From contig OZ024742.1 in assembly GCA_964016885.1 (NCBI GenBank), forward strand, positions 363,940,001 through 364,004,000: 64,000 nt of DNA. Direction: 5' to 3'. The first letter of the stretch is position 1. Each line of letters begins with the position of its first letter. This DNA comes from Eledone cirrhosa. Taxonomy: Eukaryota. A program made the translations under genes and the position numbers. Shown here one piece after another: positions 42,551 through 57,470 of this stretch. Below the pieces are notes generated by a model. It was not told the DNA's origin. It saw only the letters and a program-made list of their open reading frames with translations, and did no database searches.

Positions 42551-45450
42551 GTGTGTAGGAAGGTAAGATACACGTGGACAGCAACACAACAGCTGTGTTA
42601 AATGTGTAGGATGGTAAAACACACGTGGACAGCAGCACAACAGCCGTGTTATGGGTGCAGGATGGTAAGACACACGTGGACAGCAACACAACAGCTGTGT
42701 TATGTGCGTAGGATGGTAAGACACACGTGGACAGCAGCACAACAGCTGTGTTATGTGTGTAGAAAGGTAAGACACACGTGGACAGCAGCACAACAGCTGT
42801 GTTATGTGTGTAGGATGGTAAGACACACAAGGAGAGAAGCACAACAGCTGTGTTATGTGTGTATGATGGAAATACACGTGGATAGCAGCACAACATCTGT
42901 GTAATGTGTGTAGGAAGGTAAGACACACGTGGATAGCAACACAACAGCCGTGTTATGTGTGTAGGATGGTAAGACACACGTGGACAGCAGCGCAACAGCT
43001 GTGTTATGTGTGTAGGAAGGTAAGACACACGTGGACAGCAGCACAACAGCTGTGTTATGTGTGTAGGATGGGAAGACACACGTGGAGAGCCGCACAACAG
43101 CTGTGTTATGTGTGTAGGATGGTAAGACACACGTGGACAGCAGCACAACAGCTGTGTTATGTGTGTAGGAAGGTAAGACACGCGTGGACAGCAGCACAAC
43201 AGCTGTGTTATGTGTGTAGGAAGGTAAGATACACGTGGACAGCAACACAACAGCTGTGTTAAATGTGTAGGATGGTAAAACACACGTGGACAGCAGCACA
43301 ACAGCCGTGTTATGGGTGCAGGATGGTAAGACACACGTGGACAGCAACACAACAGCTGTGTTATGTGCGTAGGATGGTAAGACACACGTGGACAGCAGCA
43401 CAACAGCTGTGTTATGTGTGTAGAAAGGTAAGACACACGTGGACAGCAGCACAAAAGTTGTGTTATGTGTGTAGAAAGGTAAGACACACGTGGACAGCAG
43501 CACAACAGCCGTGTTATGTGTGTAGGAAGGTAAGACACACGTGGACAGCAGCACAACAGCTGTATTATGTGTGCAGGAAGGTAAGACACACGTGGACAGC
43601 AGCACAACAGCCGTGTTATGTGTGTAGGATGGTAAGACACACGTGGACAGCAGCACAACAGCTGTGTTATGTGTGTAGGAAGGTAAGACACACGTGGACA
43701 GCAGCACAACAGCTGTATTATGTGTGTAGGAAGGTAAGACACACGTGGACAGCAGCACAGCAGCTGTGTTATGTGTGTAGGAAGGTAAGACACACGTGGA
43801 CAGCAGCACAACAGTCGTGTTATGTGTGTAGGAAGGTAAGACACACGTGGACAGCAGCACAACAGCCGTGTTATGTGTGTAGGAAGGTAAGATACACGTG
43901 GACAGCAACACAACAGCTGTGTTAAATGTGTAGGATGGTAAAACACACGTGGACAGCAGCACAACAGCCGTGTTATGGGTGCAGGATGGTAAGACACACG
44001 TGGACAGCAACACAACAGCTGTGTTATGTGCGTAGGATGGTAAGACACACGTGGACAGCAGCACAACAGCTGTGTTATGTGTGTAGAAAGGTAAGACACA
44101 CGTGGACAGCAGCACAACAGCTGTGTTATGTGTGTAGGATGGTAAGACACACAAGGAGAGAAGCACAACAGCTGTGTTATGTGTGTATGATGGAAATACA
44201 CGTGGATAGCAGCACAACATCTGTGTAATGTGTGTAGGAAGGTAAGACACACGTGGATAGCAACACAACAGCCGTGTTATGTGTGTAGGATGGTAAGACA
44301 CACGTGGACAGCAGCGCAACAGCTGTGTTATGTGTGTAGGAAGGTAAGACACACGTGGACAGCAGCACAACAGCTGTGTTATGTGTGTAGGATGGGAAGA
44401 CACACGTGGAGAGCCGCACAACAGCTGTGTTATGTGTGTAGGATGGTAAGACACACGTGGACAGCAGCACAACAGCTGTGTTATGTGTGTAGGAAGGTAA
44501 GACACGCGTGGACAGCAGCACAACAGCTGTGTTATGTGTGTAGGAAGGTAAGATACACGTGGACAGCAACACAACAGCTGTGTTAAATGTGTAGGATGGT
44601 AAAACACACGTGGACAGCAGCACAACAGCCGTGTTATGGGTGCAGGATGGTAAGACACACGTGGACAGCAACACAACAGCTGTGTTATGTGCGTAGGATG
44701 GTAAGACACACGTGGACAGCAGCACAACAGCTGTGTTATGTGTGTAGAAAGGTAAGACACACGTGGACAGCAGCACAAAAGCTGTGTTATGTGTGTAGAA
44801 AGGTAAGACACACGTGGACAGCAGCACAACAGCTGTGTTATGTGTGTAGGAAGGTAACACACGCGTGGACAGCAGCACAACAGCTGTGTTGTGTGTGTAG
44901 GATGGTAAGACACACGTGGACAGCAACACAACAGCCGTGTTATGTGTGTAGGATGGTAATACAAACATGGAGAGCAGCACAACAGCTGTGTTATGTGTGT
45001 AGGAAGGTAAGACACACGTGGACAGCAGCACAACAGCTGTATTATGTGTGTAGGAAGGTAAGACACACGTGGACAGCAGCACAACAGCCGTGTTATGTGT
45101 GTAGGAAGGTAAGACACACGTGGACAGCAGCACAACAGCTGTATTATGTGTGCAGGAAGGTAAGACACACGTGGACAGCAGCACAACAGCCGTGTTATGT
45201 GTGTAGGATGGTAAGACACACGTGGACAGCAGCACAACAGCTGTGTTATGTGTGTAGGAAGGTAAGACACACGTGGACAGCAGCACAACAGCTGTATTAT
45301 GTGTGTAGGAAGGTAAGACACACGTGGACAGCAGCACAGCAGCTGTGTTATGTGTGTAGGAAGGTAAGACACACGTGGACAGCAGCACAACAGTCGTGTT
45401 ATGTGTGTAGGAAGGTAAGACACACGTGGACAGCAGCACAACAGCCGTGT
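42540..45450. repeat. 13-/26-monomer higher-order repeat (661, 663, 661 bp spacing; 1,324-bp super-unit)
   Basis: The marker run GTTAAATGTGTAGGATGGTAAAAC...TATGGGTGCAGG...TGTGCGTAGG occurs four times (ORF starts 42602, 43263, 43926, 44587). ORFs 42906 and 44230 are offset by 1,324. Confidence 0.88.
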
Positions 45451-47598
45451 TATGTGTGTAGGAAGGTAAGACACACGTGGACAGCAGCACAACAGCTGTG
45501 TTATGTGTGTAGGATGGTAAGACACACGTGGACAGCAGCACAACAGCCGTGTTATGTGTGTAGGATGGTAAGACACACGGGGACAACCCCACAAGAGCTG
45601 TGTTATGTGTGTAGGAAGGTAAGACACGCGTGGACAGCAGCACAACAGCTGTGATGTGTGTGTAGGATGTTAAGACACACGTGGACAGCAACACAACAGC
45701 CGTATTATGTGTGTAGGATGGTAAGACACACGTGGACAGCAACACAACAGCCGTGTTATGTGTGTAGGAAGGTAAGACACACGTGGACAGCCGCACAACA
45801 GCTGTGTTATGTGTGTAGGATGGTAAGACACACGTGGACAGCAGCATAACAGCTGTGTTATGTGTGTAGGAAGGTAAGACACAATTGGACAGCAGCACAA
45901 TAGCCGTGTTATGTGTGTAGATTGGTAAGACACACGTGGACAGCAACACAACAGCTGTGTTATGTGTGTAGGATGGTAAGACAGACGTGGACAGCAGCAC
46001 AACAGCCGTGTTATGTGTGTAGGATGGTAAGACACACGGGGACAACCCCACAAGAGCTGTGTTATGTGTGTAGATTGGTAAGACACACGTGGACAGCAGC
46101 ACAACAGCTGTGTTATGTGTGTAGGATGGTAAGACACACGTGGACAGCAGCACAACAGCCGTGTTATGTGTGTAAGATGGTAAGACACACGTGGACAGCA
46201 ACACAACAGCTGTGTTATGTGTGTAGGATGGTAAGACAGACGTGGACAGCAGCACAACAGCCGTGTTATGTGTGTAGATTGGTAAGACACACGTGGACAG
46301 CAGCACAACAGCTGTGTTATGTGTGTAGAAAGGTAAGACACGCGTGGACAGCAGCACAACAGCTGTGTTATGTGTGTAGGAAGGTAAGACACGTGTGGAC
46401 AGCAGCACAACAGCTGTGTTGTGTGAGTAGGATGGTAAGACACACGTGGACAGCAACACAACAGCTGTGTTATGTGTGTATGATGGTAAGACACACGTGG
46501 CCAGCAACACAACAGCTGTGTTATGTGTGTAGGATGGTAAGACAGACGTGGACAGCAGCACAACAGCCGTGTTATGTGTGTAGATTGGTAAGACACACGT
46601 GGACAGCAGCACAACAGCTGTGTTATGTGTGTAGGATGGTAAGACACACGTGGACAGCAGCACAACAGCCGTGTTATGTGTGTAAGATGGTAAGACACAC
46701 GTGGACAGCAACACAACAGCTGTGTTATGTGTGTATGATGGTAAGACACACGTGGACAGCAACACAACAGCCGTGTTATGTGTGTAGGATGGTAAGACAC
46801 ACGTGGACAGCAGCACAACAGCTGTGTTATGTGTGTAGAAAGGTAAGACACGCGTGGACAGCAGCACAACAGCTGTGTTATGTGTGTAGGAAGGTAAGAC
46901 ACGTGTGGACAGCAGCACAACAGCTGTGTTGTGTGTGTAGGATGGTAAGACACACGTGGACAGCAGCACAACAGCTGTGTTATGTGTGTAGGATGGTAAG
47001 ACACACGTGGACAGCAACACAACAGCCGTGTTATGTGTGTAGGATGGTAAGACACACGTGGAGAGCAGCACAACAGTTGTGTTATGTGTGTAGGATGGTA
47101 AGACACACGTGGACAGCAGCGCAACAGCTGTGTTATGTGTGTAGGAAGGTAAGACACAAGTGGACAGCAGCACAACAGCTGTGTTATGTGTGTAGGATGG
47201 TAAGACACACGTGGACAGCAGCACAACAGCTGTGTTATGTGTGTAGGATGGTAAGACACACGTGGACAGCAACACAACAGCTGTGTTATGTGTGTAGGAT
47301 GGTAAGACACACGTGGACAGCCGCACAACAGCTGTGTTATGTGTGTAGGATGGTAAGACACACGTGGACAGCAACACAACAGCTGTGTTATGTGTGTAGG
47401 AAGGTAAGACACACGTGGACAGCCGCACAACAGCTGTGTTATGTGTGTAGGATGGTAAGACACACGTGGACAGCAACACAACAGCTGTGTTATGTGTGTA
47501 GGATGGTAAGACACACGTGGACAGCAGCACAACAGCTGTGTTATGTGTGTAGGATGGTAAGACACACGTGGACAGCCGCACAACAGCTGTGTTATGTG

Positions 47599-47751
47599 TG
47601 TAGGAAGGTAAGACACACGTGGACATCAGCACAGCAGCTGTGTTATGTGTGTAGGAAGGTAAGACACACGTGGACATCAGCACAGCAGCTGTGTTATGTG
47701 TGTAGGAAGGTAAGACACACGTGGACATCAGCACAGCAGCTGTGTTATGTG
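47599..47751. repeat. Three consecutive identical variant monomers (GGACATCAGCACAGCAGC)
   Basis: The same double variant occurs at 47621, 47672 and 47723. Confidence 0.9.
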
Positions 47752-49189
47752 TGTAGGAAGGTAAGACACACGTGGACAGCAGCACAACAGCTGCGTTATG
47801 TGTGTAGGAAGGTAAGACACACGTGGACAGCAGCACAACCACTGTGTTATGTGTGTAGGATGGTAAGACACACGTGGACAGCAGCACAACAGCTGTGTTA
47901 TGTGTGTAGGAAGGTAAGACACACGTGGACAGCAGCACAACCACTGTGTTATGTGTGTAGGATGGTAAGACACACGTGGACAGCAGCACAACAGCTGTGT
48001 TATGTGTGTGGGATGGTAAGACACACGGGGACAGCAGCACAACAGCTGTGTTATGTGTGTAGGAAGGTAAGACACAAGTGGACAGCAGCACAACTGCCGT
48101 GTTATGTGTGTAGATTGGTAAGACACACGTGGACAGCAACACAACAGCTGTGTTATGTCTGTAGGATGGTAAGACACACGTGGACAGCAGCACAACAGCC
48201 GTGTTATGTGTGTAGGATCGTAAGACACACGTGGACAGCAACACAACAGCTGTGTTATGTGTGTAGGATGGTAAGACACACGTGGCCAGCAACACAACAG
48301 CCGTGTTATGTGTGTAGGAAGGTAAGACACACGTGGACAGCAGCACAACAGCTGCGTTATGTGTGTAGGAAGGTAAGACACACGTGGACAGCAACACAAC
48401 AGCCGTGTTATGTGTGTAGGAAGGTAAGACACACGTGGACAGCAACACAACAGCTGTGTTATGTGTGTAGGAAGGTAAGACACACGTGGACAGCAACACA
48501 ACAGCTGTGTTATGTGTGTAGGAAGGTAAGACACACGTGGACAGCAACACAACAGCCGTGTTATGTGTGTAGGAAGGTAAGACACACGTGGACAGCAACA
48601 CAACAGCTGTGTTATGTGTGTAGATTGGTAAGACATACGTGGACAGCAACACAACAGCTGTGTTATGTGTGTAGGATGGTAAGACACACGTGGACAGCAG
48701 CACAGCAGCCGTGTTATGTGTGTGGATTGGTAAGACACACGTGGACAGTAGCACAACAGCTGTGTCATGTGTGTAGGAAGGTAAGACACACGTGGACAGC
48801 AGCACCACAGCTGTGTTATGTGTGTAGGATGGTAAGACACACGTGAACAGCAACACAACAGCTGTGTTATGTGTGTAGGAAGGTAAGACACACGTGGACA
48901 GCAGCACCACAGCTGTGTTATGTGTGTAGGATGGTAAGACACACGTGGACAGCAGCACAACAGCTGTGTTATGTGTGTAGGAAGGTAAGACACAAGTGGA
49001 CAGCAGCACAACAGCCGTATTATGTGTGTAGATTGGTAAGACACACGTGGACAGCAACACAACAGCCGTGTTATGTGTGTGGATTGGTAAGACACACGTG
49101 GACAGTAGCACAACAGCTGTGTTATGTGTGTAGGATGGTAAGACACACGTGGACAGCAGCACAACAGCTGTGTTATGTGTGTAGGATTT

Positions 49190-52100
49190 TAAGACACACG
49201 TGGACAACGACACAACAGCTGTGATAAATGTGTAGAGAGGTAAGACGAACGTGGACAGCATAACAACAGCTGTGTTATGTGTGTAGGATGGTAAGACACA
49301 CGTGGACAGCAGCAGAACAGCTGTGTTATGTGTGTAGGATGGTAAGACACACGTGGACAGCAACACAACAGCTGTGTTATGTGTGTAGGATGGTAAGACA
49401 CACGTGGACAGCAATACAACAGCCGTGTTATGTTTGTAGGATGGTAAGACACACGTGGACAGCAGCACAACAACTGTGTTATGTGTGTAGGATGGTAAGA
49501 CACACGTGGACAGCAGCACAACAACTGTGTTATGTGTGTAGGAAGGTAAGACACCCGTGGATAGCAACACAACAGCTGTGTTATGTGTGTATGATGGTAA
49601 GACACACGTGGACAGCAGCACAACAGCTGTGTTACGTGTGTATGATGGTAAGACACACGTGGACAGCAACACAACAGCTGTGTTATGTGTGTAGGATGGT
49701 AAGACACACGTGGACAGCAGCACAACAGCTGTGTTATGTGTGTAGGATGGTAAGACACACGTGGACAGCAACACAACAGCCGTGTTATGTGTGTAGGATG
49801 GTAAGACACACGTAGACAGCAGCACAACAGCCGTGTTATGTGTGTAGGATGGTAAGACACACGTGGACAGCAACACAACAGCTGTGTTATGTGTGTAGAT
49901 TGGTAAGACACACGTGGACAGCAGCACATCAGCCGTGTTATGTGTGTAGGATGGTAAGACACACGTGGACAGCAACACAACAGCTGTGTTATGTGTGTAG
50001 GATGGTAAGACACACGTCGACAGCAACACAACACCCGTGTTATGTGTGTAGGAAGGTAAGACACACGTGGACAGCAGCACAACAGCTGTGTTATGTGTGT
50101 AGGAAGGTAAGACACACGTGGACAGCAGCACCACAGCTGTGTTATGTGTGTAGGAAGGTAAGACACACGTGGACAGCAGCACAACAGCTGTGTTATGTGT
50201 GTAGGATGGTAAGACACACGTGGACAGCAGCACAACAGCTGTGTTATGTGTGTAGGAAGGTAAGACACAAGTGGACAGCAGCACAACAGCCGTGTTATGT
50301 GTGTAGATTGGTAAGACACACGTGGACAGCAACACAACAGCTGTGTTATGTGTGTAGGATGGTAAGACACACGTGGACAGCAGCACCACAGCTGTGTTAT
50401 GTGTATAGGATTTTAAGACACACGTGGACAACGACACAACAGTTGTGATAAGGGTGTAGAGAGGTAAGACGCACGTGGACAGCATAACAACAGCTGTGTT
50501 ATGTGTGTAGATTGGTAAGACACACGTGGAAAGCAGCACAACAGCCGTGTTATGTGTGTGGATTGGTAAGACACACGTGGACAGCAGCACAACAGCTGTG
50601 TTATGTGTGTAGGAAGGTAAGACACACGTGGACAGCAGCACAACAGCTGTGTTATGTGTGTAGGATGGTAAGACACACGTGAACAGCAACACAACAGCTG
50701 TGTTATGTGTGTAGTAAGGTAAGACACACGTGGACAGCAACACAACAGCTGTGTTATGTGTGTAGGATTTTAAGACACACGTGGACAGCAACACAACAGC
50801 TGTGTTATGTGTGTATGATGGTAAGACACACGTGGACAGCAACACAACAGCTGTGTTATGTGTGTAGGAAGGTAAGACACACGTGGACAGCAACACAACA
50901 GCAGTGTTATGTGTGTAGGATGGTAAGACACACGTGGACAGCAGCGCAACAGCTGTGTTATGTGTGTAGGAAGGTAAGACACACGTGGACAGCAGCACAA
51001 CAGCTGTGTTATGTGTGTAACATGGTAAGACACTTGGACAGCAACACAACAGCTGTGTTATGTGTGTAGGAAGGTAAGACACACGTGGACAGCAGCACCA
51101 CAGCTGTGTTATGTGTGTAGGATTTTAAGACACACGTGGACAACGACACAACAGTTGTGATAAGTGTGTAGAGAGGTAAGACGCACGTGGACAGCATAAC
51201 AACAGCTGTGTTATGTGTGTAGATTGGTAAGACACACGTGGAAAGCAGCACAACAGCCGTGTTATGTGTGTGGATTGGTAAGACACACGTGGACAGCAGC
51301 ACAACAGCTGTGTTATGTGTGTAGGAAGGTAAGACACACGTGCACAGCAGCACAACAGCTGTGTTATGTGTGTAGGATGGTAAGACACACGTGAACAGCA
51401 ACACAACAGCTGTGTTATGTGTGTAGGAAGGTAAGACACACGTGGACAGCAACACAACAGCTGTGTTATGTGTGTAGGATTTTAAGACACACGTGGACAG
51501 CAACACAACAGCTGTGTTATGTGTGTATGATGGTAAGACACACGTGGACAGCAACACAACAGCTGTGTTATGTGTGTAGCAAGGTAAGACACACGTGGAC
51601 AGCAACACAACAGCAGTGTTATGTGTGTAGGATGGTAAGACACACGTGGACAGCAGCGCAACAGCTGTGTTATGTGTGTAGGAAGGTAAGACACACGTGG
51701 ACAGCAGCACAACAGCTGTGTTATGTGTGTAACATGGTAAGACACTTGGACAGCAACACAACAGCTGTGTTATGTGTGTAGGAAGGTAAGACACACATGG
51801 ACAGCAACACAACAGCTGTGTTATGTGTGTAGGATGGTAAGACACACGTTGACAGCAGCACAAGAGCTGTGTTATGTGTGTAGGAAGGTAAGACACCCGT
51901 GGATAGCAACACAACAGCTGTGTTATGTGTGTATGATGGTAAGACACACGTGGACAGCAGCACAACAACTGTGTTATGTGTGTAGGATGGTGAGACACAC
52001 GTGGACAGCAGCACAACAACTGTGTTATGTGTGTAGGAAGGTAAGACACACATGGACAGCAACACAACAGCTGTGTTATGTGTGTAGGATGGTAAGACAC

Positions 52101-55100
52101 ACGTTGACAGCAGCACAAGAGCTGTGTTATGTGTGTAGGAAGGTAAGACACCCGTGGATAGCAACACAACAGCTGTGTTATGTGTGTAGGAAGGTAAGAC
52201 ACACGTGGACAGCAACACAACAGCTGTGTTATGTGTGTAGGAAGGTAAGACACACGTGGACAGCAGCACAACAGCTGTGTTATGTGTGTATGATGGTAAG
52301 ACACACATGGAGAGCAGCACAACAGCTGTGTTATGTGTGTTTGATGGAAAGACACGTGGATAGCAGCACAACAGCTGTGTTATGCGTGTAGGAAGGTAAG
52401 ACACACGTGGACAGCAACACAACAACCGTGTTATGTGTGTAGGATGGTAAGACACACGTGGACAGCAGCGCAACAGCTGTGTTATGTGTGTAGGAAGGTA
52501 AGACACACGTGGACAGCAGCACAACAGCTGTGTTATGTGTGTAAGATGGTAAGACACTTGGACAGCAGCACAACAGCTGTGTTATGTGTGTAGAAAGGTA
52601 AGACACACGTGGACAGCAGCACAACAGCTGTGTTATGTGTGTATGATGGTAAGACACACGTTGACAGCAGCACAAGAGCTGTGTTATGTGTGTAGGAAGG
52701 TAAGACACCCGTGGATAGCAACACAACAGCTGTGTTATGTGTGTATGATGGTAAGACACACGTGGACAGCAATACAACAGCCGTGTTATGTGTGTAGGAT
52801 GGTAACACACACGTGGACAGCAACACAACAGCCGTGTTATGTGTGTAGGATGGTAAGACACACGTGGACAACGACACAACAGCTGTGATAAGTGTGTAGA
52901 GAGGTAAGACGCACGTGGACAACATAACAACAGCTGTGTTATGTGTGTAGGATGGTAAGACACACGTGGACAGCAGCACAACAGCTGTGTTATGTGTGTA
53001 GGATGGTAAGACACACGTGGACAGCAGCACAACAGCCGTGTTATGTGTGTGGATTGGTAAGACACACGTGGACAGTAGCACAACAGCCGTGTTATGTGTG
53101 TAGATTGGTAAGACACACGTGGACAGCAGCACAACAGCTGTGTTATGTGTGTAGGAAGGTAAGACACACGTGGACAGCAGCACAACAGCTGTGTTATGTG
53201 TGTAGGATGGTAAGACACACGTGAACAGCAACACAACAGCTGTGTTATGTGTGTAGGATGGTAATACAAACATGGAGAGCAGCACAACAGCTGTGTTATG
53301 TGTGTAGGAAGATAAGACACACGTGGACATCAGCACAACAGCCGTGTTATGTGTGTAGGATGGTAAGACACACGTGGACAGCAACACAACAGCTGTGTTA
53401 TGTGTGTAGGAAGGTAAGACACAAGTGGACAGCAGCACAACAGCCGTGTTATGTGTGTAGATTGGTAAGACACACGTGGACAGCAACACAACAGCTGTGT
53501 TATGTGTGTAGGATGGTAAGACACACGTGGACAGCAGCACAACAGCTGTGTTATGTGTGTAGGATGGTAAGACACACGTGGACAGCAGCACAACAGCTGT
53601 GTTATGTGTGTAGGAAGGTAAGACACAAGTGGACAGCAGCACAACAGCCGTGTTATGTGTGTAGATTGGTAAGACACACGTGGACAGCAACACAACAGCT
53701 GTGTTATGTGTGTAGGATGGTAAGACACACGTGGACAGCAGCACCACAGCTGTCTTATGTGTGTAGGATTTTAAGACACACGTGGACAACGACACAACAG
53801 CTGTGATAAGTGTGTAGAGAGGTAAGACGCACGTGGACAGCATAACAACAGCTGTGTTATGTGTGTAGATTGGTAAGACACACGTGGAAAGCAGCACAAC
53901 AGCCGTGTTATGTGTGTGGATTGGTAAGACACACGTGGACAGCAGCACAACAGCTGTGTTATGTGTGTAGTAAGGTAAGACACACGTGGACAGCAACACA
54001 ACAGCTGTGTTATGTGTGTAGGATGGTAAGACACACGTGGACAGCAGCACAACAGCTGTGTTATGTGTGTAGGATTTTAAGACACACGTGGACAGCAACA
54101 CAACAGCTGTGTTATGTGTGTATGATGGTAAGACACACGTGGACAGCAACACAACAGCTGTGTTATGTGTGTAGGAAGGTAAGACACACGTGGACAGCAA
54201 CACAACAGCAGTGTTATGTGTGTAGGATGGTAAGACACACGTGGACAGCAGCGCAACAGCTGTGTTATGTGTGTAGGAAGGTAAGACACACGTGGACAGC
54301 AGCACAACAGCTGTGTTATGTGTGTAACATGGTAAGACACTTGGACAGCAACACAACAGCTGTGTTATGTGTGTAGGAAGGTAAGACACACGTGGACAGC
54401 AGCACCACAGCTGTGTTATGTGTGTAGGATTTTAAGACACACGTGGACAACGACACAACAGTTGTGATAAGTGTGTAGAGAGGTAAGACGCACGTGGACA
54501 GCATAACAACAGCTGTGTTATGTGTGTAGATTGGTAAGACACACGTGGAAAGCAGCACAACAGCCGTGTTATGTGTGTGGATTGGTAAGACACACGTGGA
54601 CAGCAGCACAACAGCTGTGTTATGTGTGTAGGAAGGTAAGACACACGTGGACAGCAGCACAACAGCTGTGTTATGTGTGTAGGATGGTAAGACACACGTG
54701 GACAGCAACACAACAGCTGTGTTATGTGTGTATGATGGTAAGACACACGTGGACAGCAACACAACAGCTGTGTTATGTGTGTAGGAAGGTAAGACACACG
54801 TGGACAGCAACACAACAGCAGTGTTATGTGTGTAGGATGGTAAGACACACGTGGACAGCAGCGCAACAGCTGTGTTATGTGTGTAGGAAGGTAAGACACA
54901 CGTGGACAGCAGCACAACAGCTGTGTTATGTGTGTAACATGGTAAGACACTTGGACAGCAACACAACAGCTGTGTTATGTGTGTAGGAAGGTAAGACACA
55001 CATGGACAGCAACACAACAGCTGTGTTATGTGTGTAGGATGGTAAGACACACGTTGACAGCAGCACAAGAGCTGTGTTATGTGTGTAGGAAGGTAAGACA

Positions 55101-57470
55101 CCCGTGGATAGCAACACAACAGCTGTGTTATGTGTGTATGATGGTAAGACACACGTGGACAGCAGCACAACAACTGTGTTATGTGTGTAGGATGGTGAGA
55201 CACACGTGGACAGCAGCACAACAACTGTGTTATGTGTGTAGTAAGGTAAGACACACATGGACAGCAACACAACAGCTGTGTTATGTGTGTAGGATGGTAA
55301 GACACACGTTGACAGCAGCACAAGAGCTGTGTTATGTGTGTAGGAAGGTAAGACACACGTGGATAGCAACACAACAGCTGTGTTATGTGTGTAGGAAGGT
55401 AAGACACACGTGGACAGCAACACAACAGCTGTGTTATGTGTGTAGGAAGGTAAGACACACGTGGACAGCAGCACAACAGCTGTGTTATGTGTGTATGATG
55501 GTAAGACACACATGGAGAGCAGCACAACAGCTGTGTTATGTGTGTTTGATGGAAAGACACGTGGATAGCAGCACAACAGCTGTGTTATGCGTGTAGGAAG
55601 GTAAGACACACGTGGACAGCAACACAACAACCGTGTTATGTGTGTAGGATGGTAAGACACACGTGGACAGCAGCGCAACAGCTGTGTTATGTGTGTAGGA
55701 AGGTAAGACACACGTGGACAGCAGCACAACAGCTGTGTTATGTGTGTAAGATGGTAAGACACTTGGACAGCAGCACAACAGCTGTGTTATGTGTGTAGAA
55801 AGGTAAGACACACGTGGACAGCAGCACAACAGCTGTGTTATGTGTGTATGATGGTAAGACACACGTTGACAGCAGCACAAGAGCTGTGTTATGTGTGTAG
55901 GAAGGTAAGACACCCGTGGATAGCAACACAACAGCTGTGTTATGTGTGTATGATGGTAAGACACACGTGGACAGCAATACAACAGCCGTGTTATGTGTGT
56001 AGGATGGTAAGACACACGTGGACAGCAACACAACAGCCGTGTTATGTGTGTAGGATGGTAAGACACACGTGGACAGCAACACAACAGCCGTGTTATGTGT
56101 GTAGGAAGGTAAGACACACGTGGACAGCAGCACCACAGCTGTGTTATGTGTGTAGGATGGTAAGACACACGTGGACAACGACACAACAGCTGTGATAAGT
56201 GTGTAGAGAGGTAAGACGCACGTGGACAACATAACAACAGCTGTGTTATGTGTGTAGGATGGTAAGACACACGTGGACAGCAGCACAACAGCTGTGTTAT
56301 GTGTGTAGGATGGTAAGACACACGTGGACAGCAGCACAACAGCCGTGTTATGTGTGTGGATTGGTAAGACACACGTGGACAGTAGCACAACAGCCGTGTT
56401 ATGTGTGTAGATTGGTAAGACACACGTGGACAGCAGCACAACAGCTGTGTTATGTGTGTAGGAAGGTAAGACACACGTGGACAGCAGCACAACAGCTGTG
56501 TTATGTGTGTAGGATGGTAATACAAACATGGAGAGCAGCACAACAGCTGTGTTATGTGTGTAGGAAGGTAAGACACACGTGGACATCAGCACAACAGCCG
56601 TGTTATGTGTGTAGGATGGTAAGACACACGTGGACAGCAACACAACAGCTGTGTTATGTGTGTAGGAAGGTAAGACACAAGTGGACAGCAGCACAACAGC
56701 TGTGTTATGTGTGTAGATTGGTAAGACACACGTGGACAGCAACACAACAGCTGTGTTATGTGTGTAGGATGGTAAGACACACGTGGACAGCAGCACAACA
56801 GCTGTGTTATGTGTGTAGGATGGTAAGACACACGTGGACAGCAGCACAACAGCTGTGTTATGTGTGTAGGAAGGTAAGACACAAGTGGACAGCAGCACAA
56901 CAGCCGTGTTATGTGTGTAGATTGGTAAGACACACGTGGACAGCAACACAACAGCTGTGTTATGTGTGTAGGATGGTAAGACACACGTGGACAGCAGCAC
57001 CACAGCTGTGTTATGTGTGTAGGATTTTAAGACACACGTGGACAACGACACAACAGCTGTGATAAGTGTGTAGAGAGGTAAGACGCACGTGGACAGCATA
57101 ACAACAGCTGTGTTATGTGTGTAGATTGGTAAGACACACGTGGAAAGCAGCACAACAGCCGTGTTATGTGTGTGGATTGGTAAGACACACGTGGACAGTA
57201 GCACAACAGCTGTGTTATATTTTGTAGGAAGGTAAGACACACGTGGACAGCAGCACAACAGCTGTGTTATGTGTGTAGGATGGTAAGACACACGTGAACA
57301 GCAACACAACAGCTGTGTTATGTGTGTAGGAAGGTAAGACACACGTGGACAGCAGCACCACAGCTGTGTTATGTGTGTAGGATGGTAAGACACACGTGGA
57401 CAACGACACAACAGCTGTGATAAGTGTGTAGAGAGGTAAGACGCACGTGGACAGCATAACAACAGCTGTG
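49190..57470. repeat. Regional subfamily marked by a divergent monomer pair; contains a 712-bp and a ~3.2-3.3-kb duplication
   Basis: GGACAACGACACAACAG[C/T]TGTGATAAGTGTGTAGAGAGGTAAGACGCACGTGGACA[G/A]CATAACAAC (with small differences) occurs nine times, at ~49200, 50425, 51137, 52865, 53783, 54445, 56172, 57040 and 57397. ORF offsets: 50707/51419 (712); 51774/54979 and 52586/55791 (3,205); 50770/54077 (3,307). Confidence 0.88.

Noticed and set aside
44177-51082. 2,301-aa minus-strand ORF and the other long ORFs (38083..42027, 38190..41441, 45913..48846, 12060..15002)
   Set aside because: The monomer is 17 codons and lacks stops in three of six frames, so long ORFs are automatic. They overlap on both strands, switch frame at indels, and have no unique N- or C-terminal domain.
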